A stretch of DNA of 64,000 bases from Candidatus Latescibacterota bacterium (GCA_965226795.1 CBDDDZ010000005.1:1583920-1647919); one strand, 5' to 3'. Positions 36,376-46,958 are shown, counted from the stretch's first letter. Made by a program: numbers and translations. Notes: a model not told the origin generated them from the sequence alone.

Positions 36376-37437
36376 TCAGGGGGCCGTGAGGTCATCCGTG
36401 GCCCCACTGCCGTAATCTGGTATTTCAAGGGTCCAGACATCGTTGTAGACAACGCTACCCGCGATGGACCCACTGTACCCCCCGAGCAACCATATCTTCT
36501 GTCGAAAGTCGAGGCAGGGAAACGCGTGGCGCACCCCCCATGGCGCTGCACGATGACAGCGCTCCCATGTTCTGCCATCGCCGGAACACCAGACGTCGTT
36601 CATATTGATGGACGGTTCGATGGCCCCGCCGGCGATCCACATCCTGCCGGCGTGGACAAAGGAACAGTGGAACCGTCGCGGGCCCCATCCGGCATCGACC
36701 GTCTCCAGCTGCCACGTTACGCCGTCCGACGAGCACCAGACATCGTTGTAGTTGATCCGACGATCGTGGTAGTTCCCCCCTCCGAGAATCCACATCCTGT
36801 TTCTGTGTTCGACGGCGGGAAACATGGCGCGCGGCGCCCATGGGGAGCGCTTCGCAACCAGGTCCCACCGATGCCCGTCGTCCGAGCACCAGACGTCGCC
36901 GTAGTGCGCCTTTTGCTCCCAGTTGAGCCCGCCGAGAACCCAGATCCGGTTATCGTAAACCAGGCTGCCGAAGGCGCCGCGACAACCCCACGGGGCGCGA
37001 TGCGTCACGCAGTCCCAATTTCGGCCGTCGCTCGAACACCAGATGTCGCCGAGCGTATGGACGCCGTCGAATCCGCCCATCAACCATATCCGATCACGCA
37101 GGACCACACAGCCCGCAAGATTTCGGGCGGGCCACGGCGCTGTCGGCAGCATGTATTCCCACGTCAGGCCGTCGGTAGAACGCCAAACGTCGTTGAGGCG
37201 CGGGAATCTTTCCGGGCCCAGCATCTGCCAGCCACCGAGCAGCCAGACCTGATCCCTGAAAATCGCGGCGCCCGGCGAATCTCTGGGCGGCCAGGGCGCA
37301 CATTCGGTGATACGGTTCCAATTCGCGGTCATCTTGTACGGGTACGGCCCAACAATCCCCTCGGTCTCCCCGTCCTCCCTTTTTTGTTTTCCTACACGAC
37401 GCTTTTCCGATATATTTGACACCGGTTGCCGTGTCAA
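36376..37437 (-). CDS. Kelch/galactose-oxidase-like beta-propeller repeat protein
   Basis: About six repeats of R..h..vv...riW.lGG......nDVW.S.DG..W. Confidence 0.65.
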   Translation of the reverse strand: MTRQPVSNISEKRRVGKQKREDGETEGIVGPYPYKMTANWNRITECAPWPPRDSPGAAIFRDQVWLLGGWQMLGPERFPRLNDVWRSTDGLTWEYMLPTAPWPARNLAGCVVLRDRIWLMGGFDGVHTLGDIWCSSDGRNWDCVTHRAPWGCRGAFGSLVYDNRIWVLGGLNWEQKAHYGDVWCSDDGHRWDLVAKRSPWAPRAMFPAVEHRNRMWILGGGNYHDRRINYNDVWCSSDGVTWQLETVDAGWGPRRFHCSFVHAGRMWIAGGAIEPSINMNDVWCSGDGRTWERCHRAAPWGVRHAFPCLDFRQKIWLLGGYSGSIAGSVVYNDVWTLEIPDYGSGATDDLTAP

Positions 37438-37478
37438 GTCCCAAACCCCAAAACACCCACAGGAACTGTCGCGATCTT

Positions 37479-38297
37479 ATGTACCGTACGCTCGTTTACC
37501 TCGTCTTCAGCCAACTCGCCGTTGGCGGGTTGTTATCGATGCTGGTCGTCCCCCTCGAAGCCGGCAAACGCTTTTTCCGATTCTGCGCCCTCGCGTGTCT
37601 GGTATTTCTCCTCCTGGCCCTGTGGGTAGGGCCTTTCGCTATTCTAACGCCTTTAGAGGATGGCGCGACGGAACTCTTGCTTCCCCGCCGGCTATTGACG
37701 GTCAGCGCCCTGCTCGCTTTTGTCTACCTTCTTGCGGTCGTCGCCGAACGCATAAAGCCCCAAAAACCGCTGCTTGGCGCCGTGGGTCTGACCGGTGCGG
37801 CCGGCCTTCTATCGGACGGGTATCTTGCCTGTGCGGCCTGTTCCCCTTTTGCAGCCGGCGTGTTTACCGCCGCCAGTTACCTGATCTCGGCCCTTTTCCT
37901 GGGCAGCGTAATTTTCGCGATGATCCTGGGCCACTGGTACCTTGTGGTACCTGCGCTACACATCCGGCCCCTGCGCGCCCTCACGCAATTGATGCTTGGC
38001 GCCACACTGGCTAAAGCGATGCTGACCGCGCTCACGCTATACGTCTTCTGGGCGGACGGCGACATTCAGATAAGGGAAACGCTTCGATCATTTTTGGGAC
38101 TGGGCGGTCTTTTTCTTTGGGTACGCGTGCTCTTTGGCCTGATCGGTCCGCTCATCGTGGGTTTCATGGTCTGGCAAACCGTCAAGATTCACTCGACCCA
38201 GTCTGCGACGGGTCTACTTTACGTGGCCACGATTTTTGTTTTGATCGGGGAATGCGTTTCCGGCTATATTTTTTATACGACAACCATACCGGTTTAG
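37479..38297 (+). CDS. Polytopic membrane protein, function unknown
   Basis: Starts at the ATG at 37479 (MYRTLVYLVFSQLAVGGLL...). Multiple hydrophobic helices. Confidence 0.55.
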   Translation: MYRTLVYLVFSQLAVGGLLSMLVVPLEAGKRFFRFCALACLVFLLLALWVGPFAILTPLEDGATELLLPRRLLTVSALLAFVYLLAVVAERIKPQKPLLGAVGLTGAAGLLSDGYLACAACSPFAAGVFTAASYLISALFLGSVIFAMILGHWYLVVPALHIRPLRALTQLMLGATLAKAMLTALTLYVFWADGDIQIRETLRSFLGLGGLFLWVRVLFGLIGPLIVGFMVWQTVKIHSTQSATGLLYVATIFVLIGECVSGYIFYTTTIPV

Positions 38298-38301
38298 GCC
38301 C

Positions 38302-38748
38302 ATGGAAATCAGTTTTCGCTGTCCCGAATGTCAGTCCGTGAACCAGTTCCAGGCTTCACGGACCGAAACATCCTGTACGGCCTGCGGCCTGAATTTTCCA
38401 ATGGCCTTCTCGGACAAAATCGTACATAGTAACCAGGTCGACGTCTGCCCCTGCTGTGGAAAGTCCGACTTTTACGTCCAGAGAGACTTCAATGGAAGAA
38501 TCGGCCTGGCAATCGCCGTTCTTTTTGCCCTGGTCGGCCTGGTTTTCGTGGCATTGGACCGACCGATTTACTTCTACGGCAGCCTGGGCGCCGCTGCAAT
38601 TATCGATCTTGTACTGTACCTGAGTCTGCCGGAAATCACGATTTGTTACAGCTGCAAAACCGCCTTTCGGGGCGTCCGAAAGAACCCGCAGCATCAGTCA
38701 TTCGACCTGCATACGGCAGACATGTACGACAATCGCGCCAAGGGGTGA
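38302..38748 (+). CDS. Zinc-ribbon membrane protein, function unknown
   Basis: CPECQ...CTACG and CPCCG cysteine pairs followed by two TM helices. Lies 4 nt after the upstream gene. Confidence 0.5.
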   Translation: MEISFRCPECQSVNQFQASRTETSCTACGLNFPMAFSDKIVHSNQVDVCPCCGKSDFYVQRDFNGRIGLAIAVLFALVGLVFVALDRPIYFYGSLGAAAIIDLVLYLSLPEITICYSCKTAFRGVRKNPQHQSFDLHTADMYDNRAKG

Positions 38749-38799
38749 CCAGGTGCCTGGAGCTGTCATCGCCGGCCGGTAAACAGGATTGATCCGTCC

Positions 38800-39375
38800 T
38801 CAACCGTCCCTTCGCCGCTGCAGCAATTCGAGAAACTCCTCGCGAGTTGTGCGATCCTTGAAAGCGCCCCGGACGGCGGATGTGGTCGTCCAGGCACCCG
38901 GTTTTTCCACGCCTCGCATTTCCATACACAGGTGCCGGGCCTCAACCACCACAATGGACCCTTTGGGTGCCAGTTCACGTTCCAGATATTCTACGATCTG
39001 GTGGGTCATCCGCTCCTGAATCTGCGGCCGTCGGGCGTAATACTCCACCATCCGCACCAATTTGCTCAACCCCACAATTTGCATCGTCGGAATATATCCC
39101 ACGTGAGCCCTGCCCCAGAAGGGCAATAAATGGTGTGCGCACATCGAGTAGAACGTGATATCGGTCATTGCCACCATATTGTCGAACCCGTCGTCATTGG
39201 GAAACATCGTGATGTCGGGTTCGTTGTCTTCGTCGAGGCCCTGAAAAATTTCCAGGTACATCCGGGCGAAGCGCCGCGGCGTGTCCCTCAGGTGGGGATC
39301 CTTCATGTCCAGGTTGAGCACCTTCATGATTTCAGCGATATGATACCCGATCCGCTCGATTTTGTCTTCCGCCAT
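38800..39375 (-). CDS. folE: GTP cyclohydrolase I
   Basis: FYSMCAHHLLPFWGRAHVGYIP...QIQERMT...VVEARHLCMEMRGV. Confidence 0.9.
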   Translation of the reverse strand: MAEDKIERIGYHIAEIMKVLNLDMKDPHLRDTPRRFARMYLEIFQGLDEDNEPDITMFPNDDGFDNMVAMTDITFYSMCAHHLLPFWGRAHVGYIPTMQIVGLSKLVRMVEYYARRPQIQERMTHQIVEYLERELAPKGSIVVVEARHLCMEMRGVEKPGAWTTTSAVRGAFKDRTTREEFLELLQRRRDG

Positions 39376-39495
39376 GGCCGCTCCTCAATTTCCATTTACG
39401 CGGGTGTTTTTGGGCCCGTTGCTTCGAATTCAACTCCCGGCAGCCTGCAGATACTCCGCCGAGAAAGCCGGTGTTCGTCCTGCACAGGTTGGGGG

Positions 39496-40065
39496 TCAGT
39501 CTGCCGCGCCGAAAGCCAGTCCCAGGCTGATCCGGAACGAGGAGTCCGCTTCCTCGTCGGCGATCATCATCTTGAGTTCACCGAACCAGAGAAGACCCGG
39601 CCCAACCCGTCTGCGGAACCCGAGTGGAATATTCAGCGTAACCTTCGTGTCCTCCGGGACAGTCACGTTGATCGTGCCTGCCTGTCCGCCGGGCTCGATA
39701 ATGTCAAATCGTCTCAGGTGCACGCCGATCCCGCCGCCCACGTAACCGAAGGTTTTGCCCTCGCCGAAAATGAACTGCGCGTCTCCGTTCAGGGAATATA
39801 TCTTCATATTGTCCTGAATAACCAGATCCAAACCCGGAACGAGATGGAGACGAGGTATGAAAATGGATCCGAAATCGACGTGCCCGCCAAGCGTCAGCCG
39901 GGCTGAATCGAACTCGTATCCGAGGTATTCATCGGATTCCTGACGCGTAAGGTCCACGCCAACCTTAACGCCAAGTCCGCGCAACCCGAGCGCGTCCGCA
40001 TGGCCGTGGCCCAGCACCAGGCAGGCAGCAATCACACCGAATGTCCAGCGTGTACATTTACACAT
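39496..40065 (-). CDS. Outer-membrane beta-barrel-like protein with a signal peptide
   Basis: Starts at the ATG at 40065 (MCKCTRWTFGVIAACLVLGHGHA). Alternating beta-strand pattern and a C-terminal aromatic-rich end. Confidence 0.5.
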   Translation of the reverse strand: MCKCTRWTFGVIAACLVLGHGHADALGLRGLGVKVGVDLTRQESDEYLGYEFDSARLTLGGHVDFGSIFIPRLHLVPGLDLVIQDNMKIYSLNGDAQFIFGEGKTFGYVGGGIGVHLRRFDIIEPGGQAGTINVTVPEDTKVTLNIPLGFRRRVGPGLLWFGELKMMIADEEADSSFRISLGLAFGAAD

Positions 40066-40143
40066 AGGGTTACCCCTTATTTCTTTGAGTGCCCGTTGGT
40101 TGGCACCGCCCCGGCGATGCTTCACGCCGCCCGCAACGCGTCA

Positions 40144-41235
40144 TCATACGTTGAAGAGGAATCGAATAACGTCGCCGTCCTGAACGGCGTATTGCCTGCC
40201 TTCGGCGCGCATCCTGCCCGATTCACGCAACCCTGAGATGCTGCCGACAGCCAGGACGTCCTGGTAGGCGGCAACTTCCGCCTTGATGAATCCTCGCTCC
40301 ATGTCCGAGTGAATCCTGCCGGCGGCGGCTGGAGCCCGCGTGCCCTCAAGAACTTCCCAGGCCTGCAGTTTTTCATTTGCGGTGGTATAGAAAGTAATCA
40401 GCCCCAACAGGTCGTAGCCTGCACGAATCAGCCGGTTCACGCCCGGCTGACTCAACCCCATATCCTCGAAAAAGACCGTCCGGTCGGCGGGTGGCAACTC
40501 GGCGACCTCCGCCTCGATCTGCGCGGCCAGCGGAAGTACCCTGTCGGCGCCGACCAGCGCCCGCAATCCTGCCGTTCGGGCGCCCCCGTCTGGCAGGTCC
40601 GTCTCCCCAACGTTCGCCACATAAAGGACGGGTTTGGCGGTGAGAAAATTGAAGGGCCTCAGGGCTTCCAATTGCGCTTCCGGCAGGTCCTGTTGACTTA
40701 CGGGAAGAGACCGTCCCAGCCCTTCGACGGCTTTTTTCAAGGCTTCGTATGCGAAGCGTTCCGGGGCGCGGGGATTTGAACGCAGAACTTTTTCAAGTCG
40801 GTGCGCGATTCCCTCCGCCGATTCGAGATCGGCCAATTCCAGTTCGGTTTCAACGGTTTCGACATCCCGCACGGGGTCCACGCGGCCTTCCACGTGCGGT
40901 ACATTCCCGTTTTCGTAACAACGCACCACATGAACCAGCGCGTCGACCTCCCGAATGCGCGCCAGAAACAGGTTGCCCAGGCCCTCGCCACGGCTGGCGC
41001 CCCGAACCAGACCGGCAATATCCACAAAGTGAATGAATGCGGGAACACAGGACTCGGGTCCGAACAGTTTATACAGCCGCTGCAGGCGCTCGTCCGGTAC
41101 TTCCACAACACCGACATTTGGTTCAACGGTACAAAAAGGATAGTTCGATGCTTCAACGCCGGCCCTGGTGAGTGCATTGAACAGGGTCGATTTGCCCACG
41201 TTTGGCAGGCCGATAATGCCGATATTCAAGGCCAT
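40144..41235 (-). CDS. ychF: Ribosome-binding ATPase YchF
   Basis: Starts at the ATG at 41235: MALNIGIIGLPNVGKSTLFNALT...FCTVEPNVGVV...; C-terminal TGS DGDVIRFLFNV. Confidence 0.9.
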   Translation of the reverse strand: MALNIGIIGLPNVGKSTLFNALTRAGVEASNYPFCTVEPNVGVVEVPDERLQRLYKLFGPESCVPAFIHFVDIAGLVRGASRGEGLGNLFLARIREVDALVHVVRCYENGNVPHVEGRVDPVRDVETVETELELADLESAEGIAHRLEKVLRSNPRAPERFAYEALKKAVEGLGRSLPVSQQDLPEAQLEALRPFNFLTAKPVLYVANVGETDLPDGGARTAGLRALVGADRVLPLAAQIEAEVAELPPADRTVFFEDMGLSQPGVNRLIRAGYDLLGLITFYTTANEKLQAWEVLEGTRAPAAAGRIHSDMERGFIKAEVAAYQDVLAVGSISGLRESGRMRAEGRQYAVQDGDVIRFLFNV

Positions 41236-41334
41236 ACTTTCCGGCAGGTCAGGCGGACGTATTTGCGCCCGACAAGAGAAACAGCCAGCGGATAGACGTA
41301 AACCGCTGGCCGACAACGGCTTGACCAATTATTA

Positions 41335-41601
41335 TTAAAGGCCTCCGCTAATGGCGGTGACAAAGTGGACCTCGCTCTCCCCGGCTACCTTCTGACGCAT
41401 CCCTTCGTTGCTTACAACACCGTCAATGGCAACCGCCAGACCGGGCCTGACGCGGTCTCCGTCGCAGATCCGATCCTTAATTCCCGGAAACCTCGCCTCA
41501 AGGTTCTCGATGACCTCCCGAATCGTCTGACCGGGCACCTGAACCTGTTCCTGACCGTCGGTCAGACCACGCATCAGCGACGGTATCCAGACCTCCGGCA
41601 T
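41335..41601 (-). CDS. MoaD/ThiS-family ubiquitin-like sulfur-carrier-type protein (C-terminus ...SGGL)
   Basis: 88 aa with a beta-grasp-like pattern. Ends GG plus one extra residue. Lies 3 nt after the upstream hydroxylase subunit. Confidence 0.6.
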   Translation of the reverse strand: MPEVWIPSLMRGLTDGQEQVQVPGQTIREVIENLEARFPGIKDRICDGDRVRPGLAVAIDGVVSNEGMRQKVAGESEVHFVTAISGGL

Positions 41602-41604
41602 GGC

Positions 41605-43908
41605 TCACCCCTTCCCTTTGCCCCCACCATTTTTGTTAAAGAGTGTCTTCAGAACACGCCCCGGAGACATGGGCAGGTCACGCAAACGCACCCCAACTGC
41701 GTGGTAGATCGCGTTTGCCACAGCGGCAGGCGGAGGAACAATCGGCACCTCGCCCACACCTCGCACCCCGTAAGGGTGGCCGGGATTGGGCACCTCGACA
41801 ATCACCGTCTCGATCATCGGCAGATCCAGGCAGGTGGGCATCCGGTAGTCCAGCAGGCTGGCGTTGACCAGGTCGCCTTTTTCGTTGTAGTAGTATGCTT
41901 CGTTCAATGCCCATCCGATTCCCTGGGCTACGCCGCCCTGCATCTGTCCTTCCACGTAGGCCGGATGAATGGCTTTACCCGCATCCTGTACAATGGTGAC
42001 CCTGAGAATGTCAACCTTGCCGGTTTCAGGATCGACTTCAACGTCCACGACCATGACGGCGTAGGCCGGCCCCGCCGTCTTTCCCGACACTGCCGCCCGC
42101 CCAACCACAGGTCCGCCCGTAGCACCCAACTTACCCGCCAGTTCGGTAAACGTGATGGACTTCTCGGGAGCCGATCTGGACTTGAACACACCCCCCTCAA
42201 AGACCACATCGTCCTCTGAAATCTCCCACAATCTGGCCGCCCTGGCGACCATCTGGCGTTTTGCGTCCTCCGCCGCCTCGTAACCCGCCCACCCCGTGGC
42301 AAAGGTCACGCGGCTGCCGCCTGTACCGTCCGTCTGCCCGATGGCATCGGTATCCACCACCATGGGTTTCACCTGCGCGGCGGGGATGCCCAGCACCTCG
42401 GCAACCTGCATCGCAATGGACGTACGTGTGCCCCCGATATCGGGCGAACCCTCGATCAGACTGACCGTGCCGTCGGCACTTACGCTGACCACAACCGTCG
42501 AGGTCCCGCCCCCGTTGAACCAGAACCCCGAAGCCACACCGCGACCCCTATTGGGACCTTCGAGCCTGGATTGGTAATGGTCTGATGCCATCGCCGCTTT
42601 CACGCATTCATCGTGTCCGATACGCGGAAAAACCGGACCGTCGGCCCGCCGGCTACCTTCCCTGGCGGAGTTCTTCAGACGAAACTCGAGCGGGTCGGTG
42701 TCGAGAATTTCGCAGATCTCGTCGATAACCGTCTCGGCTGCGAACGCGCCATTGGTGGCGCCAGGGGCGCGGTAGGCCGAGGTCTGTGGCTTATTCACGA
42801 CGACGTCGTACCCGTCGATGACCACGTTGGGAATGTCGTACGGAGAAAAAATACAGCCGGCTCCGGCACCTACGGGTGAACCTGGATAGGCCCCTGCCTC
42901 GTAGGCAAGATACGCCTGTGCGGCAACCAGCCTGCCATCGTTTCTCGCGCCCATCTTCACCTTCATATAGGAACCCGGAGTGGGGCCCGTTGCCTTCAGA
43001 ACTTCGGTGCGGCTCATCACCATCTTTACGGGCTTGCCGGTCATCCGGGACATCAGAGCGGCCGTCGGTTCCTGGTAGACGCGAAACTTTCCTCCGAATC
43101 CGCCGCCGATCTCGGCCGGTATCACCCGGACGCGGGAGGCGGGCACGCCCACCACGTCGGCAACCTGGTCGCGCACCTCGAACGGCCCCTGCGTGCTCGT
43201 CCAGATCGTGATCTGACCGTCCAGATTCCAATAGGCCGTCACGTTATGGGGTTCTATATAGCCCTGGTGCACCGTCTGGGTGCTGAATTCCCGCTCAACG
43301 ACCACATCCGCTTCAGCGAATCCCCTATCGATGTTGCCCAACGAATGCTGGAAGTGGCTGGCGATATTTCCCGGCTTGTCCGTAGTTTGCCCCAGGGACC
43401 TCATTCTCAAGGATTCATGCAGGAGAGGCGCACCATCTTCCATAGCGGGACGGACATCCAGCACGGGCTCCAGGACTTCGTACTTCACGCGGATCAAATC
43501 CAGGGCCTCTTCGGCTATATGGGCCGACGTTGCGGCGACTGCCGCTACCGCATGCCCCTCGTAAAGCACTTTGTCGGACGCCAACACGTTTGTAACCAGG
43601 TGGGGAAGACTTACGGAACCCTCTCCGATGTTCGCCATTTTGTCTTCGTAGTGCAGCGCGAGGTCTGCGCCCGTCATCACGGCCTTCACGCCCGCAAGCG
43701 CTTCGGCCGCTCGCGTATCGATGGACAGAATGCGGGCGTGCGCGTGCGGGCTGCGGAGGGTCTTTCCGATCAACACGCCTGACGTGTGGGTATCCGCACC
43801 GTACTTCGCGCGGCCCGTCACCTTATCCGTGCCATCGTGGCGAATCGGTCGCGTACCCACCACGTTGTAGCTTTCAACGCCAAGATAGTCTTCAGTCTTT
43901 GTCGCCAT
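41605..43908 (-). CDS. Xanthine dehydrogenase/aldehyde oxidase-family molybdopterin-binding large subunit (paralog B)
   Basis: GTRPIRHDGTDKVTGRAKYGAD..., GGGFGGK, RAPGATNG. Start taken at the ATG at 43908, preceded by GGAG. Confidence 0.85.
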   Translation of the reverse strand: MATKTEDYLGVESYNVVGTRPIRHDGTDKVTGRAKYGADTHTSGVLIGKTLRSPHAHARILSIDTRAAEALAGVKAVMTGADLALHYEDKMANIGEGSVSLPHLVTNVLASDKVLYEGHAVAAVAATSAHIAEEALDLIRVKYEVLEPVLDVRPAMEDGAPLLHESLRMRSLGQTTDKPGNIASHFQHSLGNIDRGFAEADVVVEREFSTQTVHQGYIEPHNVTAYWNLDGQITIWTSTQGPFEVRDQVADVVGVPASRVRVIPAEIGGGFGGKFRVYQEPTAALMSRMTGKPVKMVMSRTEVLKATGPTPGSYMKVKMGARNDGRLVAAQAYLAYEAGAYPGSPVGAGAGCIFSPYDIPNVVIDGYDVVVNKPQTSAYRAPGATNGAFAAETVIDEICEILDTDPLEFRLKNSAREGSRRADGPVFPRIGHDECVKAAMASDHYQSRLEGPNRGRGVASGFWFNGGGTSTVVVSVSADGTVSLIEGSPDIGGTRTSIAMQVAEVLGIPAAQVKPMVVDTDAIGQTDGTGGSRVTFATGWAGYEAAEDAKRQMVARAARLWEISEDDVVFEGGVFKSRSAPEKSITFTELAGKLGATGGPVVGRAAVSGKTAGPAYAVMVVDVEVDPETGKVDILRVTIVQDAGKAIHPAYVEGQMQGGVAQGIGWALNEAYYYNEKGDLVNASLLDYRMPTCLDLPMIETVIVEVPNPGHPYGVRGVGEVPIVPPPAAVANAIYHAVGVRLRDLPMSPGRVLKTLFNKNGGGKGKG

Positions 43909-43970
43909 TGTGATCTGATCTCCGGAAATTAACGCGCAGCGCCGCTCTTTGAGCACGCGCACGGTGTCCC

Positions 43971-46250
43971 TTATGTACCGTTCTTATTCCACAGCGCCTT
44001 CAGTACGTTGCCTGGAGACATCGGCAACACGTTCATCCGAACACCCGCGGCGCGGTAGATGGCATTGGCTAGAGCCGCCGGGGGCGGTATAATGGGCGCC
44101 TCCCCAACACCGCGCACACCGTAGGGATGCCCGGGATTGGGAACTTCCACTATTATGGTTTCAATCATGGGCAGGTCCAGGCACGTTGGCATCCGATAGT
44201 CCAGAAGGCTGGCATTGGTCAACTTGCCGTCTTTGCTGTACCAATACTCTTCGTTCAAGCCCCAACCGATCCCTTGAGCCGCGCCCCCCTGCATCTGACC
44301 TTCCACATATGCGGGATGGACGGCCTTGCCCGCGTCCTGCACCATTGTGACCCTTAGAATGTCCACCTTTCCCGTATCCGGGTCGGTTTCGACGTCGGCG
44401 ATCATCAGCGAAAATGCGCCCCCGACCCCTTGCGGGTCGACGGTCGCACGCCCGACAACCGGACCACCCGTCTCATTAAGTTTTCCAGACAATTCCTTGA
44501 ACGTCAGCGACTTCGATGGATCAGACCTGGATTTGAACGTGCCGTCTTCAAAGGCCGCATCGTCTGGTGAAATTTCCCAGTATTTCGCGGCCCGTTCGAC
44601 CATTTGTACAATGATATCCTGAGCCGCGTTGTAGGCCGCCCAGCCCGTGGCGAACGTGACCCGGCTGCCGCCGGTGACGTCGGTTTCCCCCACACCGTCG
44701 GTATCCGCCACAACAGGATTGACGTCTTCGGCGGGAATACCCAGTGGCTCGGCGAGTTGCATCGCCACCGAGGTCCGGGTACCGCCGATATCGGTGGATC
44801 CTTCGACCAGGCTTACGGTGCCGTCTGTATTCACCGACGCGCACGCGCTGGACTTGAGCCCCACGTTAAACCAGAAGCCGGACGCCACGCCGCGGCCCCT
44901 GTTTTTACCCTCGAGGGGCGCATTGTAGTGGTCGCTTGCCATCGCCGCCCTCAATACTTCCTCGTGGCCAATGCGGGGAAACGTAGGCCCGTCCGCCCGT
45001 CGCGTGCCTTCCTTCGCCGAGTTTTTCAACCGGAACTCGAGGGGATCCTCGCCCAGCCTCTCGCAAATCTCGTCTACAATGGTCTCGGATGCAAAGGCCG
45101 CGTTGGTGGCGCCCGGGGCTCTGTAAGCCATCGTCTGCGGTTTATTCACGACGACGTTGTACCCGTCGATGGACACGTTTTCGATATCGTACGGCGCGAA
45201 AATGCACATTGCTCCGGGTTCGGCCCACGCTCCCGCGAATCCGCCCGACTCGTAGGCCAGGTAGGCCTCGGCGGCCACCAGTTTACCCCCGTTTGTGGCT
45301 CCCATCTTTACCCGTATGTAGGATCCGGGAGTGGGTCCGGTGGCCTTCAACACTTCCTCGCGGCTCATCACCATCTTCACCGGATGGCCCGACTTTCTGG
45401 ACAGAATTGCCGCAACGGGCTCAAGGTAAACCCTGATCTTTCCGCCGAATCCCCCGCCAATTTCGGTAGGGATTACGCGGATATTCACAGGCGATATCTG
45501 CAGCAGGCCCGCCAATTGCTCGCGTACAGTAAACGAACCCTGGGTACTGCACCAGACCGTAAGGCGTCCGCCAGGATTCCACAGCGCCGTGGCATTCTGC
45601 GGTTCGATATAACCCTGGTGCACCGTGTCCGTGAAGAACTCCTTCTCTATCACCACGTCGGCCCGGGCGAAGCCCTGCCCGGTGTCGCCCAGCTTATGCT
45701 GAAAGTGCGTGGCGATGTTGCTCGCCGTCCCCGTGTCTTCGCCCAGAGATTCGGTGGTCAGCGTATCGTGCAAAAGCGGCGAATCCGGCTTCATTGCCTC
45801 CCGCACATCCAGCAACGGCTCAAGGACCTCGTACTCCACCTCGATCAGCCCCAAAACCTCTTCTGCGATATGCGCACTTGTCGCGGCCACGGCGGCTACG
45901 GCGTGGCCGTCGTAGACCACCTTTCCGTCTGCCAGTACGTTTGCTCGCAGATCCACCATATTGGCCGCGCCCTCGCCCAGGTCTTCGACCTTGTTCTCCG
46001 GGACGGGAATGTCGGCGGCGGTAGCGACTGCCTTCACGCCGTGGATTGCTTCGGCGTTGCCGGTGTGTATGGACACAATGCGTGCATGGGCGTGAGGACT
46101 GCGCAACACTTTCCCGTAGATCAGGCCGGACATGTTGACATCGGCTCCGTATATTGCCCGACCGGTGACCTTGTCTACCCCATCGTGCCTGATGGGCCGT
46201 GTGCCCAGCACCTTATACTCTTTGATCCCGAGAAAATCCTCGCCCGGCAT
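43971..46250 (-). CDS. Xanthine dehydrogenase/aldehyde oxidase-family molybdopterin-binding large subunit (paralog A)
   Basis: Same motif set as paralog B. The ATG at 46250 overlaps the small-subunit stop (TGATG). The longer ORF-track start is an artefact. Confidence 0.85.
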   Translation of the reverse strand: MPGEDFLGIKEYKVLGTRPIRHDGVDKVTGRAIYGADVNMSGLIYGKVLRSPHAHARIVSIHTGNAEAIHGVKAVATAADIPVPENKVEDLGEGAANMVDLRANVLADGKVVYDGHAVAAVAATSAHIAEEVLGLIEVEYEVLEPLLDVREAMKPDSPLLHDTLTTESLGEDTGTASNIATHFQHKLGDTGQGFARADVVIEKEFFTDTVHQGYIEPQNATALWNPGGRLTVWCSTQGSFTVREQLAGLLQISPVNIRVIPTEIGGGFGGKIRVYLEPVAAILSRKSGHPVKMVMSREEVLKATGPTPGSYIRVKMGATNGGKLVAAEAYLAYESGGFAGAWAEPGAMCIFAPYDIENVSIDGYNVVVNKPQTMAYRAPGATNAAFASETIVDEICERLGEDPLEFRLKNSAKEGTRRADGPTFPRIGHEEVLRAAMASDHYNAPLEGKNRGRGVASGFWFNVGLKSSACASVNTDGTVSLVEGSTDIGGTRTSVAMQLAEPLGIPAEDVNPVVADTDGVGETDVTGGSRVTFATGWAAYNAAQDIIVQMVERAAKYWEISPDDAAFEDGTFKSRSDPSKSLTFKELSGKLNETGGPVVGRATVDPQGVGGAFSLMIADVETDPDTGKVDILRVTMVQDAGKAVHPAYVEGQMQGGAAQGIGWGLNEEYWYSKDGKLTNASLLDYRMPTCLDLPMIETIIVEVPNPGHPYGVRGVGEAPIIPPPAALANAIYRAAGVRMNVLPMSPGNVLKALWNKNGT

Positions 46251-46732
46251 CAGACTGTCTCCTTCATCGCGCGCGCGGTATCCATTACCGCTCTGACAAT
46301 CTTGTCGTACCCCGTGCACCGGCAAAGGTTCCCCGCCAGCCACAGGCGAATCCGGTGCTCGTCGGGATCTGGCTCCCGGTCCAGCAGCGCCTTCGCCGCC
46401 ACGATGAATCCGGGCGTGCATACCCCGCACTGGAGCGCCGCATGCTCCAGGAATTTCTGCTGTAGGGGATGCAGCCCCTCGGCGGTGGCCACCCCCTCGA
46501 TGGTGGTGATGTCGCACCCCTCCGCCTCAACGCCCAGCGCCAGACAGGAGTTGGTCACGCGGCCATCTACAATCACGCTGCACGCGCCACAGTTGCCGTT
46601 GCCGCAACCCTCCTTGGCCCCGGTGAGGCCCAGGTTGTCGCGAAGTACGTCCAGCAGCGTATCACGGGGTTCACACAGGAATTCGGTTTCTTCTCCGTTG
46701 ATCGTTGTCGTCACATGAACTTTACCAGCCAT
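46250..46732 (-). CDS. [2Fe-2S]-binding small subunit of the Mo-hydroxylase
   Basis: Starts at MAGKVHVTTTINGEE. GCGNGNCGACSV and CGVCTPGF...CRCTGY cluster motifs. Confidence 0.85.
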   Translation of the reverse strand: MAGKVHVTTTINGEETEFLCEPRDTLLDVLRDNLGLTGAKEGCGNGNCGACSVIVDGRVTNSCLALGVEAEGCDITTIEGVATAEGLHPLQQKFLEHAALQCGVCTPGFIVAAKALLDREPDPDEHRIRLWLAGNLCRCTGYDKIVRAVMDTARAMKETV

Positions 46733-46826
46733 TGTATGCGGACTCCTATCTATTGTTCTGTCCCGGAAATAGTTCGCCGAAATTCGGCCGTCGTTTCGAC
46801 CGGCTCGCGAGGCGCCTAAGGTCGGC

Positions 46827-46917
46827 GAGCGAAGGCGCTTCGACATGCTCAGCGCAAGCAGCGCAGCAGAATGGCATGAACCGGCGGATGAATGGTGACA
46901 TATTTCTGGGACGGGAC
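46827..46917. repeat. Dispersed intergenic repeat, long copy
   Basis: Located between the FAD and 2Fe-2S subunit genes. Aligns with 24661-24752. Core GAATGGTGACATATTTCTGGGACGGGAC. Confidence 0.6.
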
Positions 46918-46958
46918 ACTTTATTCACGTATGAGCGGGATATTAAAGCCACCTCGTC

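Noticed and set aside
43971-46517. N-terminal extensions in the ORF track, such as 848 aa for large subunit A. Similar cases are 40144..41328 ychF, 49789..50781 permease, 27526..28140 archease, 23824..24660 hpt and 51835..52326 rhodanese.
   Set aside because: The extensions overlap the upstream gene or are Arg/Gly-rich without homology-like pattern. Internal starts coincide with conserved N-termini, with SD-like sequences, or with stop-start overlaps.
44604-46718. A 704-aa plus-strand ORF, plus similar long antisense ORFs at 20298..21527, 36331..37419, 23008..23796, 25268..26146, 39130..39906, 41365..42219, 4543..5229 and 48588..49394.
   Set aside because: Each lies entirely antisense to a gene with clear family motifs. 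Each has an Arg/Pro/Gly/Ser-rich, low-complexity composition typical of shadow ORFs in GC-rich DNA, and none shows a recognisable motif.
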